This document shows positions 55,612-64,000 of a stretch of DNA of 64,000 nt, one piece after another. Source of the DNA: an uncultured Phycisphaerales bacterium (GTDB lineage Bacteria > Planctomycetota > Phycisphaerae > Tepidisphaerales > Tepidisphaeraceae); the NCBI GenBank assembly GCA_963755915.1, contig CAVWLP010000002.1, forward strand, positions 2,464,001-2,528,000. Reading direction: 5' to 3'. Numbering within the stretch: the stretch's first letter is position 1; the number at the start of each line of letters is the position of its first letter. Position numbers and translations under genes: made by a program. Below the pieces are notes generated by a model. That model was not told where the DNA came from. It saw only the letters and a list, made by a program, of their open reading frames with translations, and ran no database searches.

Positions 55612-57411
55612 ATGGCCAATCAACTCAAGATGGCGGAAGTACAAGCAATTTTGGCACTTGCGCAGCGGCTGGTCCAATCGGAACATCGCCCGCCAACTCG
55701 GCGTTCACCGGGAGACCGTTGGACGCCACATCCGGTTGTCGGGCGGCGATCCTGCGGCGCCCGGATCGGATTCAAAACCGGCCAGCGCCCCTCGGCTCGA
55801 CGGTGCTCGCCGCAGGCGGCTCGACGGTGCTCGCCGCAGGCGGCTCGACGGTGCTCGCCGCAGGCGGCTCGACGGTGCTCGCCGCAGGCGGCTCGACGGT
55901 GCTCGCCGCAGGCGGCTCGACGGTGCTCGCCGCAGGCGGCTCGACGGTGCTCGCCGCAGGCGGCTCGACGGTGCTCGCCGCAGGCGGCTCGGAGAGCGCG
56001 CCCACCGGGTTATCCGGCGCGCCCATCGGGTCGGTCAGTACGGCATCGCCCTGGCGTGAGGTCATTGTTCAGAAGTTGGAAGCCGGGCTGACGGCCCAGC
56101 GGATTTATCAAGACATCTCCAGCGATCACGGCTATGCCGGCAGCTATTACAGCGTGCGCCGGTTCATCAAGAAGCTCTCGGCTGCCGCGCCGGCGCCCTT
56201 TCGCCGGATGGAATGCGAGCCGGGAGCCGAGGCGCAGGTGGACTTCGGCCGGGGTGCGCCCTGGTCGGTCCTGACGGCAAACGCAAAGCAACCTGGGTCT
56301 TCCGCATTGTGCTGAGCCACAGCCGCAAGGGGTACGCCGAGGCGGTGGAGCGGCAGACGACCGATGATTTTCTGCGTTGTCTGGAAAATGCCTTTACGCA
56401 CTTCGGCGGGATGCCGTCAGCGCTGGTGATCGACAATCTTCGCGCGGCGGTGACGCGGGCGGACTGGTTCGAGGCGGAGTTGTGTCCCAAGGTCCGGTCG
56501 TTCGCCGAACATTATGGAATCGCCATTCTGCCCACCAAGCCGTACACGCCGCGGCACAAGGGGAAGATCGAGCGGGGCATCGGCTATGTGAAGAGCAATG
56601 CTCTCAAAGGCCGGCAATTCGCCTCGCTCTCGGATCAGAACGCGCATCTGCTGACGTGGGAGAAGAGCGTGGCCGACACGCGCATCCACGGCACGACGCG
56701 GCGGCAGGTGAAGGAAGTCTTCGAGCAGGTAGAGAAGCCGGCACTGTTGGCTCTGCCGCCGGTGCGATTCGATCTTTTCACCGAGGCGTTGCGCAGTGTT
56801 CACCGCGACGGGCACGTGGAGATCAAGGGGGCGTACTATTCGGTCCCGCCGGAGTTTTTGGGCCAGCGGGTCTGGGCGCGGTGGGACGGCGCACGGTCCG
56901 GCTGTTCGATCAGAAGATGCGTGCGATCGCTCTGCACGCGCAGCGTCCGCCGGGCAGGTTCTCGACGCAAGACGCCCATATCCTGCCGGAGAAGATCAGC
57001 GGCATCGAGCGTGGAACGACCTGGCTTCTCCAGCGGATCGAATGCATCGGGCCGCACGCCACGCAGTGGGCGCAGTCAATGCTTCAGCATCGCGGCATCG
57101 AAGGCGTGCGCGTGTTGATGGGGCTGCTGTCGCTGGCCAATCAGCAGCCGCGACCGGCCGTGGAACGAGCCTGCGAGATTGCTCTGGGGCATGGCGCGTA
57201 TCACCTGCGCTCCCTGCGGCAGCTCATCGAACACCAAAACGGCGCGCCGGTTCAACAACACTTCGAGTTTGTTCAGGAACATCCAATCATCCGCGGACTG
57301 GCCGATTACGGACAGTTCGTACGCGACGCAATCACCCAAGCGGAGGCTTTGCCTGCCGCACAACCTTTACAGGCCTGCCCTGAGCAGAGCCGAAGGGAGT
57401 CCACCCCATGA
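55612..57411 (+). CDS. istA: IS21 transposase (frameshifted)
   Basis: HTH 'WSNR.IARQLGVHRETV', 'PG.EAQVDFG', 'DN..AAV', 'KGKIER', 'YSVP'. Confidence 0.92.
55793..55991 (+). repeat. Perfect 24-bp tandem repeat x8 (+7 bp) inside istA
   Basis: (CGGCTCGACGGTGCTCGCCGCAGG)8, encoding GSTVLAAG x8. Confidence 0.95.
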
Positions 57412-58298
57412 GACCTTCGTTGATGCAGACGCTCAAGCAACTTCGGCTTTCAGGTCTGGCGAGCAGCCTTGAAGTTCGCCTGAGCGAGGCGGCCGGCAAT
57501 CGGCTCGACCACAGTGAGTTTTTGGAACTGATCCTTCAGGATGAACTGAACGTCCGATCCAGCCGGCAGATCGGCCGGCGCGTCAAGGCGGCGATGTTCC
57601 GCGACACCAAAAACCTCGACGAGTTCGACTTCTCCTTCAACACCTCCATCAAACGCAAACAGATTCACGATCTGGCCGCCGGCCAGTTCATTCGTGACAA
57701 ACGTGACGTGCTCTTGCTGGGTCCGCCCGGCGTGGGCAAATCGTTTTTGGCCCAGGCCATCGGACACCAGGCGATCAAGAGCGGCTTGGTGGTCCTGTAC
57801 CGATCCATCTTCGACCTGGCCCGCGACTTTTTAGGCGACGAGGATCTGGGAGCCCAGGACAAGACGCTGGCCCGGTATCTCAAGCCTGATCTGCTTATCA
57901 TCGACGACATGGGAATGAAGCAGCTTCCGCGGCGCAGCGGCGAATGCCTGCTGGAGATCGTCATGCGCCGGCACGAGAACCGCTCGACGATGATGACCAG
58001 CAACCGTCCACTGGAGGACTGGGCCAAGCTGATCGGCGACGTGCCGGCGGCCACGGCCATTCTGGATCGGTTCCTGCAGCACGCCACGATCATCAACATC
58101 ACCGGCAAGAGCTACCGCCTTCGGCATGGGGGCCATTCGACTTCGCTCACGGCAGGCCAATCCGGGACACCGGAAAAGACAAATCCAAAAGGACGGCGGA
58201 GTACCGCCGGCGATGAAGGGTGCTCCCCCCCGGAAGACACCGTGACAGAGCCGCCGTTGTCTTCTGATGTGGGGGTATCCGCCGGCCAGACGGCGTGA
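57408..58298 (+). CDS. istB: IS21 helper ATPase
   Basis: 'FDFSF', GPPGVGKS, 'LLIIDD', 'TSNRP..DW', 'AILDR', 'G.SYR'. Confidence 0.96.
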   Translation: MRPSLMQTLKQLRLSGLASSLEVRLSEAAGNRLDHSEFLELILQDELNVRSSRQIGRRVKAAMFRDTKNLDEFDFSFNTSIKRKQIHDLAAGQFIRDKRDVLLLGPPGVGKSFLAQAIGHQAIKSGLVVLYRSIFDLARDFLGDEDLGAQDKTLARYLKPDLLIIDDMGMKQLPRRSGECLLEIVMRRHENRSTMMTSNRPLEDWAKLIGDVPAATAILDRFLQHATIINITGKSYRLRHGGHSTSLTAGQSGTPEKTNPKGRRSTAGDEGCSPPEDTVTEPPLSSDVGVSAGQTA

Positions 58299-58619
58299 AC
58301 GGGGACCAATAACTCAAGGAACAGTTGCGTCGGATAGAACGGATGCGGTATAGAATACGTCAGCACATTGGCCGGTTTTGAAGCGCCCCGCCCTGGCTGG
58401 TTTTGGGCGCCCCGTGACAATGGGGTTGTCGCCGCCTCCCCTGCATTGCATTTGCATTTGTCTTTAATAGAGCTGGCCACTTGGTCTCCGAACTCGAACA
58501 AAGTGTCGGGCGGTCAGCCCGGAGTACCAGGGGAGGGGGAAAAGGGGGACATGCGATTGGCCTGGCCGTTGAACTCCTCTGAAACTTGAAAGCTGGCGGG
58601 AAACAGTTCTATTTAAGCC

Positions 58620-59672
58620 ATGCCAATTCTGCCGGCCCTTCGGAAACGGCGCCCGCCGAGGTGGAGGGATTATTATACGCTCCTGTTTCTTTTCCTGTGC
58701 GCCGTGCTCCTTGGGCCGTGGTTTACGTTTTATGGGCTTTATGCCGATCACCGGGACCGCCCCAGCCTGCAGTGGCCCAAAGTTTCCGGCATGCTCGTTC
58801 AGGAACGGAAACGGTATAGCGTGGGTCGTACCTCCGACGAGATGGTCAATGTCAGCTACACGTATGCCGTCAATGGTCATCATTATGTGGGCCACCACAT
58901 TCCGGCCTGGAGCACACAATGGGACGCCTACGAAGACGACCGATCCATGGCGTTTGCAAACGCGCATCCGGTCGGCTCGGTGGTGGCAGTCTATTACGAC
59001 CCGGAACAACCGGACAATGCCGCGCTGCTGCCCGGACCGGACGTGGCGGGCAACCGCTTCTTCATGATTGGCGGCTGCGCCATTTTGGTTTGCGGGCTGT
59101 TTCTGGTAACGATGAACTTCAACAAGCTCGCTGCGATGAAGTCAGCGATTCAGGCAAGGGAGGCGAGGCATCGGACGGTCGGCCCGCACAAACACGGCGC
59201 TTTGCGGCACGGTTTTGCCAGCTATGAGCCCGCGTGCAAACGAAAGCTGAATATTTTCCCGGACCAGCAATGCCTGGATGAAGTCCTCGGTCATCGGGGC
59301 AAGCCGCTGCAGGACTGGAAGGCGGAAGACCGGATGATTGATGTCGCGGGGTGTGAATACCGGATTGTCAAAGAGCCCGGCAAAAAAGCCTATGACCTCA
59401 GTCCGACAGGCGAGAAGTGGACGTATGAACAATTGCTCGGCGTTGCCGAGGAGGATGAACGGGCGGCGAAGAAAAAACCCGAGGCGCTGCGTCAATTGCT
59501 GGATGAAGTTGGGGAGAAGGACCGGATGGGGGTGCTGATGAAGGCATTGGACGCGAAATCGGAGATGCCGCAGTGGTTCGAGGCGGCGTTTGTGGCTTTT
59601 CTGGTATTGTTTGCCCTTGGTTGTGCCGCCGTCGGCGTTGCCATTTTTGAATTGGTGACGAAATATTTTTAA
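58620..59672 (+). CDS. DUF3592-domain membrane protein
   Basis: 'WPKV.G', 'V.Y.Y.V.G..Y.G', 'G..V.VYYDP..P..A.L'; three TMs. Confidence 0.75.
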   Translation: MPILPALRKRRPPRWRDYYTLLFLFLCAVLLGPWFTFYGLYADHRDRPSLQWPKVSGMLVQERKRYSVGRTSDEMVNVSYTYAVNGHHYVGHHIPAWSTQWDAYEDDRSMAFANAHPVGSVVAVYYDPEQPDNAALLPGPDVAGNRFFMIGGCAILVCGLFLVTMNFNKLAAMKSAIQAREARHRTVGPHKHGALRHGFASYEPACKRKLNIFPDQQCLDEVLGHRGKPLQDWKAEDRMIDVAGCEYRIVKEPGKKAYDLSPTGEKWTYEQLLGVAEEDERAAKKKPEALRQLLDEVGEKDRMGVLMKALDAKSEMPQWFEAAFVAFLVLFALGCAAVGVAIFELVTKYF

Positions 59673-59792
59673 CCGCCAAGAAACTATGAAGCCGAGCCTT
59701 TCTCGGGACGTGAACGGGGTCAAAATGCCCCAAGTATGAACGAGCGTACCGCGTAGGTCGCTCAAACGTCTTTTTTGAGAAAGGACTCGGCA

Positions 59793-60836
59793 ATGCGAAT
59801 TCTCGCTTTGGACCTGGGAAAGAACAAGAGCGTTTTTGTGGATTATGTCACCGGCGGTGGAGAAAGAACGTTCGGCAAGATCGGCACCAATGCCCACGAG
59901 GTGCAAAAACTACTCGAGCGGGTGCGTCCGGATCGACTGGTCATCGAGGCCGGTCCGGCGGCAGGATGGGTTTGTGATCTGGCGGAGCGGAACAATGTTC
60001 CCGTCCAGGTGGCCAATGGCAACGATGAACGCTGGCGCTGGAAGACGGTGAAGGAGAAGAGTGATCGTAAAGACGCGCTGAAGATGGCGGCGATGTCGGA
60101 GATGGATTCGCTGCCGACGGTGCACGTGCCCAAGGCATCGGTTCGGCAGTGGCGTTCATTGATTGAATACAGACACGGCCTGGTGGATCGCCGCACGGCG
60201 CTCAAGAACTCGATCCGATCAATCTACGAGCGGCAGGGTTTGTATTTGCCCTCGGCGACCAAGGCGTGGACGAAAGCGCGACTGGAGGAAATGAGGAAGG
60301 AAGCAGCGGCCGCATCGGCGGAAGATCTGTGGCTGTTTCAGATCGGTTGTGAGGTGGCGCAACTGGAGCACCTGGAGAAGCAGATCGAAACTGTCGAAAG
60401 CAAGCTTCAGGAGTTGGGCCAGGCCAACAAAGCGGTGAAACGATTGCAGGAGGTGCCCGGCGTTGGTCCGCGGCTGAGCGAGGCGGTGGCGGTGATCATT
60501 GATGATCCCAGGCGATTCAAGAATGCACGTCAGGTGGGATGTTACGTGGGTCTGACGCCGCGGCGCTGGCAGAGCGGCGACAGCGATCGCCAGGGGCGGA
60601 TCAGCAAGGCAGGCAACGCGCTGCTGCGGGAGTTGCTGGTGGAGGTGGCGTGGCTGGGGGTTCATCGCAATACGTGGATGAAGGACGTGTACGAGAGGGT
60701 TCTACGTGACAGCGAGAAGCGCAAGAAGATCGCGATTGTTGCGGTAGCCAGGAGATTACTGGTGAAGCTGTGGGCGATGCTGCGGGACGGAACCCGATGG
60801 AGAGAACCCCAGCGATCGCTGACGGCGGCCACTTGA
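59793..60836 (+). CDS. IS110-family DEDD recombinase/transposase
   Basis: 'ALDLG', 'IEAG', 'KSDRKDA', 'VPGVG', 'YVGLTP...QSG', 'ISKAGN', 'A.VAVARRL'. Confidence 0.96.
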   Translation: MRILALDLGKNKSVFVDYVTGGGERTFGKIGTNAHEVQKLLERVRPDRLVIEAGPAAGWVCDLAERNNVPVQVANGNDERWRWKTVKEKSDRKDALKMAAMSEMDSLPTVHVPKASVRQWRSLIEYRHGLVDRRTALKNSIRSIYERQGLYLPSATKAWTKARLEEMRKEAAAASAEDLWLFQIGCEVAQLEHLEKQIETVESKLQELGQANKAVKRLQEVPGVGPRLSEAVAVIIDDPRRFKNARQVGCYVGLTPRRWQSGDSDRQGRISKAGNALLRELLVEVAWLGVHRNTWMKDVYERVLRDSEKRKKIAIVAVARRLLVKLWAMLRDGTRWREPQRSLTAAT

Positions 60837-60959
60837 AAATCGAAAAGGCGATGACTGTCCCGACAAGTCGGTACAGGCGATGGAGTATCTCCCCTCCGGA
60901 AGACACCGTGTCAGAAAGCCGTTGTCTTCTGTGCAGGGGATTGAGTAGAGTTGAAGTGA

Positions 60960-61140
60960 AGTGGAATTGACGCGTTCGTGCAGGTTGAATGAGCAAGGCC
61001 AGACCCCGGTTGGCGTCTTAAGCTTCAAAGCTTGCCGCTAAGAATAGGGCTGGCCATTTGTACAGTTGAATAGGCCCGCCGCCAGGCGAGAGCACTGAAT
61101 AGAAGGCTCACCCAATCGACCGCATGAGCGATCAACGCCC
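60960..61140 (+). ncRNA. Putative bridge/seek RNA of the IS1111-type element (boundaries approximate)
   Basis: Stem-internal loop-stem at 60997-61055 carrying TTGGCGTCTT and CCGCTAAG, which match both halves of the insertion target. Confidence 0.75.
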
Positions 61141-61315
61141 CTTGACAAGGCTCGGCTCATAGAAGACGCCAAGAGACTTCGATGAGCTCTCTTCGAGCCT
61201 GAGCCTCAGAGCCGAAGGCAGTCGAGCCGCGCCAAGAAATACAAATTGCTTATGGGTGAGGTTCCCCATTCGAATTTTTTCCCCCTGTGGCAGGCAATTT
61301 CAGGCGTCGGACAGA

Positions 61316-62095
61316 TCACCGCGATTCGGCGGGGAGAGTGTTGGTATGATCCAGGGCACCGAAGCGCCGATTGCGGGACGCAAACTCGGCGAGGGTCTTG
61401 TGGAATTCCTCGATATTGAAATCCGGCCAGAGGACGGGGCTCACGACAAGCTCGGCATAGCTGATCTGCCAGAGGAGGTAGTTGCTGACGCGCATTTCGC
61501 CCGCGGTGCGGATGAGCAAATCCGGATCGGGCATGCCGGCGGTGTAGAGATGGTCGCTGATGGTTTGCTCGCGGATGTCGCGCGGATCGATTTTCCGACC
61601 GCGGCTTTGGCGGCGATGGCACGGACGGCATCCGTGATCTCCGCGCGAGCCATAGTTGAGGGCGAGATTGAGTTGAAGGCCGTCATTATTGGCGGTTTCC
61701 GCCAAGGTCTGGTTCACCTGGTCGTTGACGAGATCGGGCAGATTCTCCAGACGGCCGATCTGCTTGAAGCGGATGTTGTTCTCCATCATCGTCGGCTGCT
61801 CCTGGCGGAGATAATCGACGTACATCTGCATGAGATAAGTGACTTCCGAGGCGGGGCGTTTCCAGTTTTCCAGGCTGAAGGAATAAAGCGTGAGGAAATC
61901 GGGAGCCCCATATTCCCGGCGGAGGCGGGAGCATTCGGTGACGAGGCCGCGGACGACCTTTGCCCCCTGTTGATGACCCTCGACGCGAGGCAGCCCGCGG
62001 GCGACGGCCCAGCGGCCGTTGCCGTCCATGATAATGGCAATGTGGCGCGGAATGCGCTGGAAGGGAAGATCGTCGAGCAGGGTCATTTGGGCCAT
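61316..62095 (-). CDS. uppS: Undecaprenyl diphosphate synthase (compensating frameshifts ~61590-61640)
   Basis: HIAIIMDGNGRWA, 'FSLENWKRP', 'ALNYG', 'DPDLLIRTAGEMRVSNYLLWQISYAE'. Confidence 0.96.
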   Translation of the reverse strand: MAQMTLLDDLPFQRIPRHIAIIMDGNGRWAVARGLPRVEGHQQGAKVVRGLVTECSRLRREYGAPDFLTLYSFSLENWKRPASEVTYLMQMYVDYLRQEQPTMMENNIRFKQIGRLENLPDLVNDQVNQTLAETANNDGLQLNLALNYGSRGDHGCRPCHRRQSRGRKIDPRDIREQTISDHLYTAGMPDPDLLIRTAGEMRVSNYLLWQISYAELVVSPVLWPDFNIEEFHKTLAEFASRNRRFGALDHTNTLPAESR

Positions 62096-62137
62096 TAGTT
62101 TAAGAGGGTTTACGTTTGGATTCTATGGGCGGATGGA

Positions 62138-62380
62138 TTAAAGAATGTGGGGAGGGCGATCGCCTGGCACTGCATTGGGACTGGATTGGCGAGACCGGAG
62201 ATTACGCAGCTCGGCAAGGACCGATTCGCCGTCGAGCGGGGGGCCGGATTGTTCGCCTTCGGACAACAATTTGTCCCATTCACCAGGCTCGAAATCGCCG
62301 GCGTGTCCTTGGGTTTCCGGCGCATCACAGGCGATTATTTCGCGCTTCTCCGCAGAATTGTGTTTGCCGGAATCCATTGG
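62138..62380 (-). CDS. Small protein resembling a ParD-like antitoxin C-terminus
   Basis: 'LLSEGEQSGPPLDGESVLAELR'; start uncertain. Confidence 0.35.
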   Translation of the reverse strand, partial: PMDSGKHNSAEKREIIACDAPETQGHAGDFEPGEWDKLLSEGEQSGPPLDGESVLAELRNLRSRQSSPNAVPGDRPPHIL

Positions 62381-62546
62381 AAGCTCGTAAGCCGCAATTG
62401 TAGCAAGGTGAACGGGGACCGATAAACATAATTTGGTCAATAATTGGGTGCGCAATCTTGATCTATCCAAATATCTTTTCAATCCGGGATGTTTTTCATT
62501 GTGATTCCGTCCAGAGCGTGGGATATTGTTGTGTTGTCAGCACCGA

Positions 62547-63481
62547 TGTCGCAGGAGATGGACATCTCGTGGCAGGTGCTCGGCCGAATTGTGCGGGAGT
62601 GGGGCGGCAGTTCGGCCGAGATAGCGGAGATTACTCCGCTGGACGGGGGATGTATCAGCACGACGGTAGCGATAGTTCTGGGGGATGGTCGGAAAGTCGT
62701 CTGCAAAATCTCGCCGCATCGGGTGGATCGAAGTTATATCAACGAAGCTCATCAATTGAAGTGCATGCGTGGGCTGGGAGTGCCGACGCCGGAGGTTTAT
62801 TCGGCGAAGGTGGGGTCGCTGGAGGATCCGTTTAGTTACATCCTTATGGAATTTGTGGAGGGGGTGAATCTGCACCGGGCGCGGCAGCAGTGCTCGCCGG
62901 AGCAGTTTGATGGGCTTCAGGCGCGGCTGGCGGAGATGATTTTGATGCTGCACGAGCGGACGGCGCCGGCGTATGGGCGGCTGGAGATCGAGCCGCCGGC
63001 GTCGCAGTTTGAATCGTGGCCGGCGTTTTATCGCACGGTGTTCGATCCGATTTATCGGGATGTGATGAAGACGGAGTCGTTGCCGGTCAAGACGCGGCGG
63101 CATATTGGGAAGATTCACGAGAGGCTGGACAAGCTGCTTCAGCATGATGAGGTGCCGCGGCTGGTGCACTGGGATGTGTGGGCGACGAATATTCTGGTGA
63201 AGCCGGACGAGGCGGGGGAGTGGAAAGTCGCGGCGATCCTGGATCCGAACTGCAAATTCGCGCACTTCGAGGCGGAGATCGCGTATATGACGCTCTTTCA
63301 TACGTCGACGCCGGCGTTTTTGAAGGCGTATCAGCATGTGCGAAAACTCAGCGATGAATATCACCGGGTGCGGAAGCTGGTTTATCAGCTTTATTTTCTC
63401 CTGAACCATGTGGTGCTGTTTGGGGGGGAGTATGTGAAACAGGCGGTGATGGCGGTGGATCGGCTGGGGGCGGTGGCGTAA
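62547..63481 (+). CDS. Fructosamine kinase / APH-family phosphotransferase
   Basis: 'GGCIS', 'V.K', 'VPTPEV', 'ILMEFVEG', 'LVHWDVWATNIL', 'LDP'. Confidence 0.85.
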
Positions 63482-63518
63482 TGTTTTGGGGTCTGGCATC
63501 AGCGACTTGAGGCTTGGT

Positions 63519-63779
63519 TCAGCTTTTGATCAATCGCTCATATTCTTCGTGGCGGCCGATCCAATGCCAATAAATCGCGCTGGCCCTCAGGACTCCGATC
63601 GCGCGATAATTCAATGTTATTCGTACGCTCCAGATATCCGCGCGGATCGGTTTAAAATGCAACGAGGGGTGACGGGGATCTGAGAGCCAAAGACGATAGG
63701 CCTTTCGAGCGGCCTCCTGAGTTTCGGGAGAAAGCGCTTCGAACAACAGCTTAAATTTGGCGGTCCTAAATGATTTCAC
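63519..63779 (-). CDS. RelE/ParE-like toxin
   Basis: 'HPSLHFK', 'WSVRI...YRA.G', 'WHWIG.H.EY'. Confidence 0.85.
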   Translation of the reverse strand: MKSFRTAKFKLLFEALSPETQEAARKAYRLWLSDPRHPSLHFKPIRADIWSVRITLNYRAIGVLRASAIYWHWIGRHEEYERLIKS

Positions 63780-64000
63780 AATTCGTCTGGATCGAGTTCC
63801 GTAACTTGCTCGGTGCGAATCGCTTCATCGACTTCGGCGGCGAAGTTGTCCAGCGTTGATTGAGAGCTGGAAAAAATCTGCTCCCACCGAGCCTCGTCCA
63901 GTACGTCGTCAAAATGAGCGGAAAGATATTTAGCCAACACTTCCTGCTCATGGGTTGGAAGGGAATCGATCTTTTGGATAATGTCTGCGGCTTGCCTCAC
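63776..64000 (-). CDS. Cognate antitoxin (may be 5' truncated)
   Basis: Acidic 'DEARWE..F..S...LD..A.E' motif; stop overlaps the toxin start. Confidence 0.75.
   Translation of the reverse strand: MRQAADIIQKIDSLPTHEQEVLAKYLSAHFDDVLDEARWEQIFSSSQSTLDNFAAEVDEAIRTEQVTELDPDEL

Larger units (their letters stand above)
55495..58419 (+). mobile_element. IS21-family element, 2925 bp
   Basis: TGTCA...TGACA ends (23/26 IR), repeated subterminal caaaaccggcca boxes, 5-bp TSD ATGGG, istA-istB. Confidence 0.95.
55142..58517. mobile_element. Non-autonomous MITE (446 bp after removing IS21) with IS50-like ends
   Basis: TIRs CTGACGGCCCGACACTTT / CTGACCGCCCGACACTTT (17/18) and 10-bp TSD CCCGGAGTAC at 55132-55141 and 58518-58527. 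Confidence 0.85.
59681..61165 (+). mobile_element. IS110 family, IS1111-type element
   Basis: Subterminal IRs CTATG(A)AGCCGAGCCTT at 59684-59700 and 61147-61162, shared AAG core, long 3' non-coding region; the flanks rejoin to AACCGCCAAGACGCCAAGAG. Confidence 0.9.

Noticed and set aside
55793-55991. CRISPR array
   Set aside because: Units are head-to-tail with no spacers, lie in frame inside istA, and no cas genes are present.
49596-58517. Single composite transposon bounded by the two like MITE ends
   Set aside because: The flanks (gtacgccggg and cccggagtac) are inverted rather than direct repeats, and the right end already has its own TSD partner at 55132.
49466-61315. Integron cassette array
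   Set aside because: No tyrosine integrase, no consistent RYYYAAC/GTTRRRY attC sites, and genes are in mixed orientation.
10705-62095. Mass pseudogenisation or programmed frameshifting (carA, gmk, tpiA, aroF, uppS and others)
   Set aside because: Indels hit essential genes throughout the window, often in G/C runs, while conserved motifs remain intact; typical long-read error.

Overview
GC-rich bacterial window, most likely a planctomycete (Phycisphaerae/Tepidisphaerales-like). This is inferred from the VWA/DUF4175/prenyltransferase/NPCBM cluster, PEP-CTERM genes and repeat style. Many essential genes (carA, gmk, tpiA, aroF, uppS, coaC) carry single-base frameshifts, which points to uncorrected long-read errors rather than pseudogenes; CDS boundaries are therefore approximate. 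Housekeeping blocks are carA, mscL, ilvC, coaC-rpoZ-gmk-yicC-secG-tpiA-aroF and tlyC-ybeY-HD-phoH-cdsA...uppS. The most striking signal is a set of mobile elements that each sit at a precise position inside a different short palindromic (REP-like) repeat, with empty target copies visible in the same window. (1) A complete group II intron lies in a CGCAGAG-type palindrome. (2) An IS110/IS1111-type element lies in a CGCCAAG-type repeat, and its non-coding right end contains a readable bridge/seek-RNA loop with guides matching both halves of that target. (3) A 446-bp IS50-like MITE with covarying internal hairpins lies in a CCCGGAGTAC-type REP and is itself interrupted by an IS21 carrying an 8x24-bp expansion of a recurrent micro-insert. 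Also present: a candidate structured ncRNA/micropeptide locus with an 11-nt anti-16S complement (about 22890-23193), a candidate sRNA next to carA, three paralogous PEP-CTERM genes, a degenerate GGDEF protein next to an FHA-GspE ATPase, and a HEPN/Abi-like gene trio in an 11.8-kb island between cdsA and uppS.
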